A DNA stretch of 64,000 nucleotides, from NCBI RefSeq assembly GCF_009914755.1, contig NC_060934.1, one strand, 5' to 3'. The notes beneath the pieces are model-generated. The model ran no database searches. It saw nothing but the letters and a program-made list of their open reading frames with translations, and had not been told where the DNA came from. Within the stretch, counting starts at the first letter, position 1; every line of letters begins with the position of its first letter. This DNA comes from the human T2T-CHM13v2.0 reference genome, Homo sapiens. Positions 15,786 through 30,245 of this stretch are shown one piece after another. The translations under genes and the position numbers were made by a program.

Positions 15786-16513
15786 GCTGCTGCCTCTTCT
15801 CCCTAAGCTAGTGCATCCTGGAGGTCCTCAGAATGACTTGAACTGGCCAGAGGGTAAACGTCTGCTGAAGGAATGAATGGGCAATGAATTTCTAGGAACC
15901 TGGGGCCCTGGGGTCTGGGAAGGCCGTTGCCTCCCCAAGGGAATGACACAGGGCCAGTCTGCTCTCCTTCTGTGTGGGCCCCTGGACACTGGTCTGGCAT
16001 TGTCCAGACACCAAAGCACATCCGCATAGCATGCATCAAACAAATGGTGACCTGCTAATGAGGAAATGGCTAAAACAGGAAGCCATGACCAGAGTACATG
16101 CTTCATGCCTCCAGCCCCGCATTGGGCAATGGAAGGGCAATTACTTCTCCACCTCTTCACCTATACAGGGCAGACTTGCCTAGAAGTTCAGAGTCCTTCC
16201 TGCCAGTTTGGCATCCTTTCTTCCAGAGTGTTCCCAGGCTGGGTGGGGATGGGAAAAGCCACAAGGAGCACAGCAGGATGATAGAGATGTGGCCAATGGG
16301 CAATGCTGGCACTGCCACCCTGGCCAGAAGAGCTCACTGTGGGACACTTTCTCATTGTTTACTAGGGAAGAGGAGGTTGGTTTGGAATTCATTTTGATTT
16401 GTTGTTGTAAATTCTCTTTGCTGTCCCAATTTAAACAAAAAAGAAAATGGAGAAGGGGAGTTTTTAATCAAATGGATTTTCACTTGGGTTTTATCATGAA
16501 CCTGGAACTGCTT

Positions 16514-17058
16514 TGAAAGCTGAAGCCAGCTGGGCTTCTGGGTCAGGTGGGGACTTGGAGAGCTTTTCTGTCTAGCTGGAGGATTGTAAATGCACCAATC
16601 AGTGCTCTGTGTCTAGCCAGAGGATTGTAAATGCATCAATCAGCATTCTGTAAAAATGGACCAATTGGCACTCTGTAAAATGGACCAATCAGCAGCACTC
16701 TGTAAAACGGACCAATCAGCAGGACATGGGCGGGGCCAAATAAGGGAATAAAAGCTGGCCACCTGCTCCAGCAGTGGCAACCAGTCCCTTTCTGCACTGT
16801 GGGTGTTTTGTTCTTTTGCTCTTCATAATGAATCTTGCTGCTGCTCACTGTTTGGGTCCGCGCCACGTTTAAGAGCTGTAACACTCAAGGGGAGGGTCTG
16901 CATCTTCACTCCTGAAGTCAGGGAGACCATGAACGCACCTGAAGGAGCAAATTCCAGACGCCCACCTTTAAGAGCTGTAACACTCACTGTGAGGTCCACA
17001 GCTTCATTCTTGAAGTCACCAAGACCGAGAACCCACCAGAAGGAATAAATTCCTGACA
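16514..17058 (+). mobile_element. Solo HERV9 LTR (LTR12F-like)
   Basis: TG..CA termini; perfect 4-bp TSD GCTT (16510-16513 and 17059-17062); tandem CCAATCAGCACTCTGTAAAA-type U3 repeats; AAGAGCTGTAACACTCA U5 repeats. Confidence 0.95.
16595..16753 (+). promoter_or_regulatory. LTR12 U3 promoter module: four CCAAT boxes, GC box and TATA-like AATAAAA
   Basis: CCAAT at 16595, 16661, 16685 and 16712; GGGCGGGG 16728-16735; AATAAAA 16747-16753. Activity not shown. Confidence 0.6.
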
Positions 17059-18944
17059 GCTTGATTTTGTCTTTGGTGAGAATTAAGAAGGGTCACATCC
17101 ACTGATGACCAGTTGGGGGATAGATTTACACTGGCTATGCCCAGTGGTACTCAAAGAGCCACAATTACTCTCACTGTGGAGCTTCCTTCAGTGACACCAG
17201 AGACCAGGAAGGGAGCTACCTAGGAGACCTCAGCCTGTGGAAATCAAACTGTGGTGTGAGCCCTCCTGTTAGCGAGCAGTGGTGCTGGCTGCCTTCTCAC
17301 ACTGCCACTTGGCAACCAGAATACAGGGACTTCACCATGAGTTTGAGCTAAAACTTGCCTGCTAGTGAATCTTAGCATAGGTAATTTTGGGTTAGGAGAA
17401 TTTTGGTTTCTCTGATGACTTGGTTGACATCTTTGAGATTCAGCAAGCCCCAATTCAGATTAGACTTAAAACTTATCAGTGCAAGTCAGACAGCAGTGAT
17501 TACTCTGCTTGTTGAGACCTAGGGACATCCGTTTGAATTCAGTCCGCACCCCATGGACGAGCCCAGCTCAATGCCAGGAAGTTTATGAAATCCTGGGGCC
17601 TTCTAGTCTCATGGTTACATCTGCTGCCAAAAACCAGATCCTATGAAGTTAGTTCAGTTTAGTGATCTTCTCACCAAGCTGCAGGGGCCATCCTGTTTTG
17701 TACCATGGTGATGAGGCACAGAGCACACCCTCTTTTTACCTTCAAAGAAAGAAGCCAGACATTGATACAGGTTACTGTGTATGCAGCAGACTATCCTGAA
17801 GGTTTAGGGAGACAGAGTATTGATATCTCAGATCTGCAAACAACAGAACAGCCCCTTGGGGATCACTATGATCCAGGCAGAAGGCAGAATTTGTTTTTTA
17901 ATCAAATCACCAATTAATGACTGAAAACAGTATCTCCTGGAACAAGAAATTATTATTCCTCTAGGCTTGAAACAATATGAAACAGAGGAAAGTTATTTGC
18001 AAAAATTGGCTGAATGTGCAAATTATGCTTCCACGTGAATAGCAAAGTAATTAAAACCATTTTCAGAAAGTGAACTACTTTCTTAAAACAGCATGCTGAA
18101 AGTGGTCCAGAGTTCAAGATTTTGAAAACAAAAACAAAGTTGGTACTTGAATTCACAGATTGAAGCTAACTAGAAGTCAAAGAAAAGACACACTGGATTA
18201 TGAGAAGGAGCAGGGATCACAGCCAGGTGCAGAACAAAGTCTGAGCGTGCCTGACCTTCCCTGGAGGTTCCGCCCGTGTCACCTGCCCACTGGGTGTTTC
18301 CTGTTTTGACCATGCATTCCTTAGACCTTCTGTTGTTAAAATTTTTTCTCCTTGAGAACTTTAACTGGCCAGAAATTAGAATCCAATTTTGAAAATACCA
18401 AGCTACTTTCATTATGACACTGCAGTTAAGCAAATATTACCCAAATTTGGACAGCCTTGTCCAAATTTGTTTTATATTGTTTTATATTTAGCAATATAAA
18501 GCAAAGTGTCCCATTTAAAAATTGGTAAAACCTTATAATCAATATGCATTAAAAATTTTTAGTATCACATCATTATTAATGGCAAAAATTTCCATTTATA
18601 AATAACAGAACTTTTGTTGATTGTATTTATTCTTCCATCCTGGGATTTGGGGTTTTTTCAATTTTGTTTTTTAAGTTTGTTTTTAATTTTTTTTTTTTAA
18701 TTCAGAAAGAGACCTTGTTGCCACCCTCTGCATACTCAGAAAGGAACCCCAGTCCGTGCAGAAAGGGGCCACGGACAGTGGCTGTCCACCCAGGATGGGC
18801 CCAAGAAAGGAGTCGATGTCCTGAAACAGTCCCTGCCCCTTTCCTGAGTGTTGGGGGATGGTGGGAACGACGACCATGTAGCTCCTAACAAAGGGCGTCT
18901 GCCTCTAGGGGTGTCCTGGGGCGTGGCTTACTGAGGGCTTACTG

Positions 18945-19516
<572 letters not shown>

Positions 19517-20399
19517 ACCAGGACCTAATGCTGCAGACCAGATAACTTCCTGGGTTCTTGCCCTAAAGGAGGAGCTGAAGCCATAAGCGCAGACCTCTAA
19601 TGTGGCTCAGAGACACTGTGGAGAGAGGGCAGTCCAGGCCCAGGGTCTTGACGGTCCCGCCCCTGGACTTATTAGGCCCCCTCTGCATAGCTCATAGTGG
19701 CAGTGATACCAGACGTCACCTAAACCTTCCCACTCCTGCGGCACCCACTACCATTCAGCCTCAGGGCCATCCTAACCTTAACTCCAGGCTCCTCTCTCAC
19801 ATGGGACTATTCCAGCTCTGACTTTAGCTCCCATGAAGAACTGGCTCCCGAGTCCTGGCTCCCCATCCAGGACCCAGGTTCCAGTCCTCTCAATGGGCTC
19901 TCCCTGATAGAGGTCACCTTGGGTCTGGTGGCCTACCCCATTTCTTACAACATACACCCCACACCAGCCTTGGGCCAGCCACCTCCTTTGTGCCCCAGAA
20001 TGGCTGTCAGGGAAGACCCTGCCTGTGTGCCCCAACCTGTGGGCAAGGCAAGGCCTAGGGCTCTGCCCACCAGGAATAACAGACCCAGCTAGGGAAAGGC
20101 AGGCTTTGAGATGCACGTGTGATGTTGACCCTCCCCCCGGGTCACCCCAATACCCGTCTGCCTGATTCTCTGTTGCCCCACAGGGTCCCAGAGAGTGCTG
20201 AGCTGCACATTTGACAGGCTATGTGCCCATGGGTCCAATGTGTCCATGGATGACCTGAATTCCAAGGCCATCAGGAAAAGCCTATTGTGTTGGGCCCCCA
20301 GGAAGCCAAGCCAGGCTGGCTACCCTGGGATCTTCAGAGGAGAGCAGCCTAGCTTGTACAGATCCCCTCCATGGGCCAGGCCCTAGAAATTTCACACAA

Positions 20400-20545
20400 A
20401 AAAATTATCCTTTTTTACAGCAACTCATGAGAGAGACCATGAGGATACCATTTTACAGATGAGAAAACTGAGAGTGAAGGAGGTGATGCAACCAATGAGT
20501 GACAGAACATGGACATGAAACATGTCTTGGCAACTCCAGTACCCA
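20400..20545 (-). mobile_element. MIR
   Basis: CCATTTTACAGATGAGAAAACTGAG core. Confidence 0.75.
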
Positions 20546-20664
20546 AGATTTCTCCATGTCAGCTGTCAGCCTGCCTGGCTCACAAAACCTTCATCCCCAG
20601 TGTAGAAAGGACTGATAGACAAGTTAGGGGCTTCTCTCTCACAGGGCCCTTGTGTGTGCCCACC

Positions 20665-21018
20665 CTTCACACACATACACCCATTCACACATACATACAT
20701 ACATCTGCACACACAAACACCTATGGGGTCCACACACATGCACACAAATACACACACAAACACCCTGCATATCCACACATACACACAGGCATATTCACAC
20801 ATATATACGTGCACCTGCATACAAACACACACATAGACACAAACACCCATAAATATCCACACACACACACAAACATGCACATACACACAAATACTCATAC
20901 ACAAACACCCTACATATTCACACATACAAACTCCTGCACTCACACAAACACCTTCCATATCCACACATCCATACATATATATTCACACACACACACACAC
21001 ACGCATGCTCACACACAC
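20665..21018. repeat. Degenerate (CA)n/(CATA)n low-complexity tract
   Basis: About 350 bp of CA-rich sequence. Confidence 0.95.
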
Positions 21019-21029
21019 GAGCAGAGCAC

Positions 21030-21190
21030 TGGACCAGGAGCAGGAGCTGGGACTCTCGTCCCAGATCTCCCATCACACTTCTCAAGCCTTGGCTTCCTCA
21101 TCTGTGAGATGGGGTTGTGCCGCCTGCTTCCCAGAGTGTTGCACAAGCAAACATGCATGACAGCCCAGGAAGTGAGAAGGGTGTATAGGA
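21030..21190 (+). mobile_element. MIR fragment
   Basis: GCCTTGGCTTCCTCATCTGTGAGATGGGG. Confidence 0.65.
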
Positions 21191-22149
21191 GGAAAGGGTC
21201 CTGATTTTTGGCAGAAGTTGCCCAGGGAGTAGTGAGTGCTCCACACCTTTGTATGTGCTGTACCTTCTCTCTGGAGCTCTTTTCTCTTCTTCTCTGGCTG
21301 GTGAACTCATCCTCACCTTCCAGCTCCAACAACCACACTTTGTGTTCCTGGTGTCTCCCTGTAGTGGAATTCCTCCACCATCCTCAGTGTCCCCAGCTCC
21401 TGTGTGAGACAGGACTTCCTACACTGGAGTGGGACACGTGAATGAGGCTGCATGGCTCTTCGGAGCCAGATGAGTCCCGACTTCTCCTGCCACAACCCAA
21501 GTCCCTTCACAGACCCACAGCACAGTCTCTCAGAGGTATCTTTTAAGGCCAGACACTGGCCTTCCCTTTGACAGCACTGATGCAAAGCTCCTGATGTGAC
21601 TAGAAGTTTAAGAACCCCCTAAGTCCCCCTAGCTGCCTGGTATAGACCTGCCAGCCTCTGCCCATCCTGCTTCATCTGCTCTGACCTTTTGCTCTCTGGT
21701 GGAGTCCTTGCCATGATGGCCTGGGCCCAGTCTGGTCTGGCCTAGGGAGGCGCTTTTCTGCCCAGGCATCAGGGCCTGTCCTCACGCAGAGTTCAGAACA
21801 CACAGAGGCACCCCATCACTCTCGAGGTAGGCCTCACACCTCGCAAGTCAGCCTCAAAAAAGCAAGTATGAGGCAGGATCCCCTTTCTGGCTTTGGGTAG
21901 GGGCTGCAGTTCCTCTTGCCATGTGGAAGCTTCTTAAATATTGTACTACAATATTTAAAAATATTCCCTTTGTTCTACATACCATTAATAGATCAACTCT
22001 TCTACAGCTCTGCAATCACTTCTGACTTGGCAAAGCTGAGCCTGAGCTCAGGGAAGGGCTCTGGCTTCAGCCTTGTGAAGCAGAAAGATCGTGGACTCTC
22101 GCACAGGACCCCTGTTTACATTTCTCTCAAGCACAGCCTCACCTTCTCA

Positions 22150-22530
22150 GTCCTGCTCCAAAAACACCACACAACTTCCAGTTCTGAGAATGCACCCTGT
22201 TCTCTCAGCCCTGGGCTTTCCACATGCTAACCCCTTCTCAGAACCTCCCTTCCTTCACTTCGATACCTAACTGATTTCTATTCTCCTTCAAAACCCCATT
22301 CTAACATCACCTCTTCTGGGAAGCTTCTCTGACTTCTCTGAGGCCCTCCCAGGCTATCATTTCCTTCCTGATAATGGCTCCTTATAGCACTGACCACTTA
22401 TATGGAAGTGGTGCATTTGAGTCTCTCCCACTGCACCATGGGTTTTCAATGGAAGAGTGTGTGTATCATTCATCTTTGTAATCCCAGCTCTGTCATCACA
22501 AGATGGAATTCAAGCATGTACCTGGTAGTT
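22150..22530 (+). mobile_element. L2 fragment
   Basis: ACATCACCTCTTCTGGGAAGCTTCTCTGAC...TCATCTTTGTAATCCCAGC. Confidence 0.6.
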
Positions 22531-24369
22531 GATCAAGCTCTATATTCATAGAGCCCAAACCCAAACCTAAACCAAGAAGAAAGAAGAAAATAATAGAGGC
22601 TAGTCTAGAAATAACATAGACCAGGCTAATTCCTTAATAATAAAGACAATAGAGAAAATACTTCCCCAACCCTTGCTAATGCCAATGGGAAAAAAATAGA
22701 GAAATCTTTAAAAACCAAAATTGGTTATTTGAAAAGATTAACAAAATTGGCAAATCTTGAACTATACTGACCAGAAAAAAGAAAGATTAAAATCAGAAAT
22801 GAAAAAGAAGATATTACCTCTAACCTTCAAAAATAAAAAATTATAAGTGAATGCTATGAACAATTATATGTCAATAAATTAAATGACTTAGATGAACTGG
22901 AGAAATTCCTAGAAAAACACAGAAACCAAACCTGACTAAAGAAGAAATAGAAAGTCTAAAGAAACCTTTAACAACTAAAGAGATGAAATTAGTAATCCAA
23001 CAACTAACTGCAAAAAGAAAGCCAAGCCCCAATGGCTTCATTGGTGAAATTAAACATTTAAAGAATAATTTGCGTTTTAAAAATATTTGCATTTAAAGGA
23101 GCTTTTAAAGAAAAATTATTATCAATTCTTCACAAACTTGCAAAAAGATAGGCATAAACACTTCCCAACTCATTCTATGGGGCCATTACTATTCTGATAC
23201 TGAAATTAGACAAAGACATCACAAAAAAAGAACACTACTAATACCTCTTATGAATATGGATACAATAATAACAAAATACTAGCAAACTAAATTCAGCAAC
23301 ATATAAAAAGGATTATACACAATGATCAAGTGCAGTTTGTCCCAGGAATGCAGGGTTGGTTTAACATCCAAAAAATCATCAACGTAATACCATATTATTA
23401 ATTGTTCTATTAATACTATATTAATAGAATAAAAGATCAAAACCTCATAATCATCTCAATAGATACAGAAAAAAATGACAAAATACAAAACTCCTTCATA
23501 GTAAAAACACTCAGAAAGAATAAAAGAGAATTTCCTCAACCTAATAAAGCGTATATACTAAAAAAGCAGCAACAACAAAAAAAACATAGATAACATCACA
23601 TTTAATGGGAAAGACAACATGCTTTCCTTCTAAGATCACAAAAGAAACAAGGATGTCTACTCACCACTTCCATTCAACATCATACTGAAGGTTCCAACTA
23701 TTGCAATTATATAAGGGAAAAAAAGGCACCCAGATAGGAAAGAAAGATGTAAAATGGTCTCAATTGGCAGATGACACGATTTTTCTATGTAGAAAATCCT
23801 AAGCAATTCACAAAAAAATTAAAATATGTAAATGAATTCAGCAAGATTTTAGTACATGAGATCAGTTTGCAAAAATCAATTCTGTTTCTATACACTGTCA
23901 ATGAACAAGACAAAAATGAAATTAGAAAAATAATTCCATTTACAATAACATCAAAAAATACTTAGGAATAAAGATAACAAAAGAAATCCAAATGGTATAT
24001 TCCGAAAAATATAAAACATTGTTGAAAGAGGTCTTAAAAGATCAAAATAAATGAAAATACATATCATGTTTTTGGACCAGAAGACTTATTGTTAAAGATA
24101 GAAATATCCCAGAGTTAATCTATAAGTTCAATGCAATCTCTATCAAAATCCCAGATGACTTCTTTGCAGAAATTGACAAGGCAATCCTCAAATTTATATG
24201 GAAAATCAAGGAATGCAGAATAGCCAAAATAATCTTGAGAAAAGAAAAACGAAGCTGGAGTACTCACGTTTTCCACATTCAAAACTTACTAGAAAGCTAC
24301 AGTAATCTAAACAGTGTGATACTAGCATAAGAACAGATCAATAAAATAGAACTGAGAGTCCAGAAATAA

Positions 24370-24700
<331 letters not shown>

Positions 24701-25319
24701 GTATTGTCAATTAATTTTTAACAAGAGTGCCAAGACCATTCAATGGGGGAAATAATAATCAAATAATCTCTTCAACAAATGGTGCTGGAACAACTGGATA
24801 TCCACATGCAAAAGAATGAAGTTGGACTCCCATCTTACACCATATAGAAAAATTAACTTAAAGCGGGTCAACAACCTACATATAAGAGCTAAAGCCATAA
24901 AACTCTTAGAAGAAAACATAGGAGTATATCTTCATAATTTTAGCTTTAGCAATAGAGTCTTAGATATGATACCAGAAGCATGAACAACAAAAGAAGAACT
25001 AGATAAATTAGACTTCATAAAAATAGTAAACTTTCGAACATCAAAGAAAATTACCAACAAAGTAAAATCATACATCTAATAAAGGTCTGGTATCCAAAGC
25101 ATTTAAAGAACTCTTACAGCTCATCAGCAAAAACACACAACTCAATTTTAAAATGGGCAAAGACTTGAATAGACATTTCTCCAAAGAAAATATACAAATG
25201 CCAACAAGCACATGAAAAGACACTCAATATTTTTATTAATTAGGGAAATGCAAATCAAAATTGCAATGAGGTACCAATTCACACCCACTGTATATATATA
25301 TGTAATAGGTGGATGGATA

Positions 25320-25686
25320 TATATAATATTTATATATAATTATTTATAATATGTATATATAATAATGTTATTATATGATAAATTATATAATACATATATA
25401 ATTTATTGATTTGAGACAGGCTCTTGCCATGTTATCCAGGCTGGAGTGCAGTGACACCATCACAGCTCACAGTGGCCTGAACCTCCCAGGATCAAGTGAT
25501 CCTCCACCTCAGCTTCCTGAGAAGCTAAGAGGTACTACAGGCAGGCATAACCATGCCCTGCTAATTTCTTAATTTTTTTGTAGAGACAGGATCTCACTAT
25601 GTTGCCCAGGCTGGTCTCAAATTCCTGGCCTCAAGCTATCCTCCCAAAGTGCTGGCATTAGAGGCATGAGCCACTGCACCTGACTT
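25320..25686 (-). mobile_element. AluJ with tail converted to an AT-rich (TA)n tract
   Basis: AluJ body 25411-25686; GGATGGATATAT on both flanks. Confidence 0.9.
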
Positions 25687-26059
25687 AGGATGGATATATT
25701 TTTTTCAATGGAAAATAACAAGGGCTAACAAGAATGTAGAAAAATTGGAACCCTCAGACATTGTTGGTGAGAATGTAAAATGGCACAACTGCTGAGAAAA
25801 GTTTGGTGATTTCTCAAAAACTTAAATATAGAATTATGGTATGATCAAGCAATTCCACTCCTAGGTATATACCCAGAAGAACTGACACTGACTACTCAAA
25901 CAAGTACATGTATCTTTATAGCAGCACTATGAACAATAGCCAAAAGGTGGAAACAACCCAAATTTCCATAACAAATGAATGGATAAACAAATTGTGATAT
26001 ACAATGGAATAATAGCCATAAAAAGGAATGATGTACTGATACATGCTGGAACATGGATG

Positions 26060-26480
26060 AGCTACCAATTTACAGGAAACACAGAGGACAGGGGACATGT
26101 TGAATAGCACCATGAGAGTGCAGTCAGCAAAATCCAGACTATTGGAAACTCTACAGATCAAATGACCTGGGTCTTGGGAGGGGGTAGGAAAACCTGTGTA
26201 TTAACCAACTTTTAAAAGATGTATTTTTATAAAATAAGTGAGATTTAATTATAGGGTGTAGGGATATACATGTGGGTAATAATTAGACTATGAAGCAAAG
26301 GAAAGGAGTGTCTACTGTAAGTCAAGGTAGTGGTGACTTTGGAGAAGAGAGTGAGGAGGTGCCTCTGGGCAAAGTTCTGTTTCTTAGTCTAGGTGGTGGT
26401 TACAAAGCTTTACTCTTGTAAAAATCCATTAAGCCATGCATTTGTTTTATGTGGCTTCTTATAGCTTTGTTTATTTGCAA
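26060..26480 (+). mobile_element. L1MC/ME 3' UTR fragment
   Basis: CAGTCAGCAAAATCCAGACT...GGAAACTCTACAG; GTTCTGTTTCTTAGTCTAGGTGGTGGTTACA. Confidence 0.6.
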
Positions 26481-26634
26481 ATAATAACCTGGTTCAGAGA
26501 TTCTGATTCACAGGGTGTGGGGCAGAGTTCAGGAATGCTTTTAAATTTTCCCGTGTTGTGTGCGCACACACACACACGCATACATATATATCTGTCTTCC
26601 ACACCAGGCTGGTGCCTGTTTGAGGAAGGTCTGT

Positions 26635-26750
26635 GGCTTGCCTCAATTTGGACTTCCCAACCTCCAGAACTATAAGAAATAAATTTCTGTTCTTTATGAA
26701 TTACCCAGCCTCAGGTATTCTTTTATAGCAACACAGAACAAACCAAGACA
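26635..26750 (+). mobile_element. MaLR (MLT1A/MST) LTR 3' end
   Basis: TTGGACTTCCCAACCTCCAGAACTATAAGAAATAAATTTCTG...AAACCAAGACA. Confidence 0.8.
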
Positions 26751-28218
26751 GCTTCTATCTCTCTCCTACTGACCTATGAGCAGGGCATGCTTTGTTTCTG
26801 TCTTTGCATTCAGCACCTAGCACACAGTAAGTGCTCTGCAAATGCTGATGAGGCTGGGCTGATACACAGGTGGACTGACAGTGGGCATACCAGACAAGAT
26901 CCAGTGGCCCCTGAAGCAGTCAACTCACTCACAGCAATGCTGGAGGGCTATGAACTTCCCAGTCTCACTGAGGACCACAGGAGCATTCCACCTCTACTGG
27001 GCAGTAAAATCCAGAACGCCGGCTGCAGACACTCCACTTAGAGTCATGCCAACATCCTCTCTGGGCCCCACTAGCTTAAGACAGAGCCACAGACACAGGC
27101 GTCCAGAATTAAGAGTCCATCTCAGCCCTGAGGCTGATTTCTCACTACACACTGACCCTGAGAAAAACTTCGGGGACTGCAAAAGGCAGCCAGAAACACT
27201 GGGAGAAGGGAGGGAAGAAAGCGCCTCTGAAATAGACAGAAACACTAATGCACCACCAGTGCCTCTTTCAGACATAAGCCAGTCCAGCTCCCCATGGGCA
27301 GGCCCAGGATCACACAGGACACTACAAACCAGGTCTCTGCCCAAGAACCAGGCTGTAGGGGCCACCAGAGCCTCACTGGAACAGGTTAATGCAGAATACA
27401 GTCATGTACGTCCAAACGGAGCTACAGGCCTTCCCTGTTAAAGAAGACAGTGCCCTCCCCGGGGTAGAAAGGAAAACAATACTCCTTATCAGCATGACCA
27501 TTGTATGTTAAGTCTTGTGATGCATGTTTGCAAGTTACTCCAAGTAACTATGGATCTTGTCCCCAACTCAGGCCAGCCAGCTGACAGGCCCTGAAGTCAG
27601 CAGCTACAGTTGGCTGATTCTGAACCCAGTGATGCCTGCTGTTTGCAGGGAATGAGATACTTACTTAATTATCTCAAATTTAAACACTCTTATATGTTTC
27701 CTTAATTTAAAAACCATACACACACAGAAGTGAGGACATCTAAAAATGGGATCTGCGTTACTGATGTGTAAGCCAGAAAAAAAGAGGAGTTCTCAAATAC
27801 ACTCTGAGCTGGACTTCACAGCTACGCCAGTTCCTCAAGTGGTTCGTGGAGGTGAGCGGCAGATGCAGGCCAGTCTTAGAATGTGAAAAATCTGAGAGCT
27901 ATAAGACAATTCAAAAACAGACAATAAGTCAAATCCCATTGAATTGTGTTATTTTAAATATAAAGAAAGAAATGTACAAACATTTAACAGAAAATTAGAT
28001 TCCCCCTGTCCCCACAAATCAAATCCAAAATTACCCATGTGAAAACTTCACGGCATTATCCACTTTCCACCAAGGCCTCCACGTGCTCGTTCTCTGGCCA
28101 GGCCTTGGTAGTGTGGACTGGTCACCATGTAAGGACAGCCTTCTGTGAGCTGCAGACCAAGGGAGGTGGCCTGGCAGCCTGTTGGAGGCCAGGCAAGGAT
28201 AAAATTTACTATCAATCC

Positions 28219-28515
28219 TTTTTTTTTTTTTTTTGAGATGGAGTCTTGCTCTGTTGCCCAGGCTGGAGTGCAGTGGTGTGATCTCGGCTCACTGCAACCT
28301 CTGCCTCCTGGGTCAAGCAATTCTCCTGCCTCAGCCTCCCAAGTAGCTGGGACTACAGGTGCATGCCACCACACCCAGCTAATTTTTGTGTATTTTTAGT
28401 AGAGACAGGGTTTCACCATGTTGGCCAGGATGGTCTCAATCTCTTGACCTCGTGATCTGCCCACCTTGGCCTCCCAAAGTGCTGGGATTACAGGCATGAG
28501 CCACCACGCCCAGCC
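28219..28515 (-). mobile_element. AluS (Sc/Sg-like)
   Basis: Full dimer; GACCTCGTGATC; TSD ATCAATCC. Confidence 0.96.
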
Positions 28516-29189
28516 ATCAATCCCTTTTTATGTATAAGAAATAGGCTCAGAGAGGCCAGATGGCATGGCCCAGTTTGCACAGTAAGGTGATTGCCTGTCA
28601 CGGCCAAATAGCCACCACGTCCGGATAATCCATGGCCACTGGTTTCTGTGAGGTGGTGGAGAGGCGGCCTCAGCCTGAGCCCTCTGGATCGTGGGCAACG
28701 GGTGGTGTGAGGAAATTGTCCAGCAGTGATCTACTGTCCCTGCACTCCCACACTGCAGGGCCAGGGGTGCATCTGCATCCCACGCGGGGAATGCCTGGGC
28801 ATGAGGCTTCAAGAAGCACTTAGCAGGAATGCACCGGGTGCTCAGAGGAGCCGCTGTCCTGGCAGGCTTTGCTGTCCACATTTGCCCCTTTGCACGGAGC
28901 CTGCTGTCCCTGAAGTGCTCTGACCTGTCCACAGGAAACCAGGTCAGGCACAAAATAACCACCCTTGTCTCAAAGCAAGGGCCCTAATGCCTCCATTCCT
29001 TCAATGCCTTTTCCTTCAGCCAAGGTCCCCTGCAGTCTTGTCCTGGGCACCGAACTGGGTGCTGGGGATGGGCTGGATTACGAGGAAGGAAGGTCTCTGC
29101 TCTCAAGAAGAAGTGGGTCCCCCATCCTAGGGCAGAAGGCACTGCCATCCTGAGTCAGCTTATCGCAGCTCAGATTTCACTCCCTCTGT

Positions 29190-29650
29190 GCTGGGCCCTG
29201 GGAATGGGGAGATGACACTGCCATGGCCCTGCCCTCAGGGGCTCCCCATCACGTGGGGAAGCCAGACACAAAGGTAAATTTGGGAGGAAGCCCCCAATGC
29301 CTCATAAGCTATCAAAAACCAGAGTCCACAGCAATGGGAAAAACAAGGCAAGGAAGGTAACCTGCAAAGAAACGAGGGCTGGGGAGGCAACACGCAAACA
29401 GCCAGAGGAGACTGTGAGGAGGCCCCCCACAGACTCATCACCTCAAAGCGGAGCCCCAGGAATGAACAGTCAGCTCTAGGACGTGCTAAATGCCCCAGGA
29501 GAGGCACGAACCAGGGGACCACTGACACCACTCGGCCTTCGGAGGTGAGAGGCGGCTTCCCAGAGGAGGGCATATTGGCTGAGCAGGATTTCCTCAGGTA
29601 GACACAGGGGGAAACCAAGCATCGCAACTGAAGGCCAGGTAACACAGATC
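29190..29650 (-). mobile_element. L2 fragments
   Basis: CCCTGCCCTCAGGGGCTCCCCATC; GAGAGGCGGCTTCCCAGAGGAGG. Confidence 0.5.
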
Positions 29651-30129
29651 TGCCGAAAGAGACATCATGATTTTCAAACAAGCAAACGAAAGGGATTCAT
29701 TCTATTCTGCAACTGTCAGGCATACTCAGACCAAGAGTAATCTTTCAAATAAACCCCAGAAAATGAAATCACGTATGCCATGTTCTAGCCCCGCAGTGGA
29801 AAGTGGTTTAGCCTCTGGTCCCGGAGTCTTGCCTGTCTCTTCTCCCACCCACCTCCCCTGCCTCTCTCCCCTTCCCAGCTGCCCAGAAGGTGACTAACTG
29901 CATGTCCACTTTTTTTTCTGCTGATTCTTCCCATTTCTGATATTAAGTAGCACTTTCTCTGCAAGCAAAGCTACACTGATATAATACAGATGAAACTGGG
30001 AAAGTCCAGGCTAAATTTCAGGATACGTATACAGAAATGCGTTGAGATACAGCACCTCACTCAGCAACCATGCCTTATAGATAGTGCTAAGCTTCAGTCG
30101 CATTACAGAACTTTCTACCCTGCATGAGT

Positions 30130-30245
30130 TCTCTGACCTGGCTGTGAGCTTCTTGTGGGTGGGGTCTCAGTCATTCCCAAGCAGCCAGATGTGTCTCAGT
30201 GCCTGGCATACAGAAGGCATACGATAAATGTTTGCTGAATGAGTA
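30130..30245 (+). mobile_element. L2 3' end
   Basis: CAGTGCCTGGCATACAGAAGGCATACGATAAATGTTTGCTGAATGAG. Confidence 0.75.

Noticed and set aside
20509-21204. 231-aa His/Thr-rich ORF
   Set aside because: Spans MIR, CA repeat and MIR; a compositional artefact
26881-27441. 186-aa ORF (and similarly 41516-42049 and 46405-46902)
   Set aside because: No recognisable protein similarity or exon structure; overlapping antisense ORFs of similar length are typical of chance in GC-rich DNA
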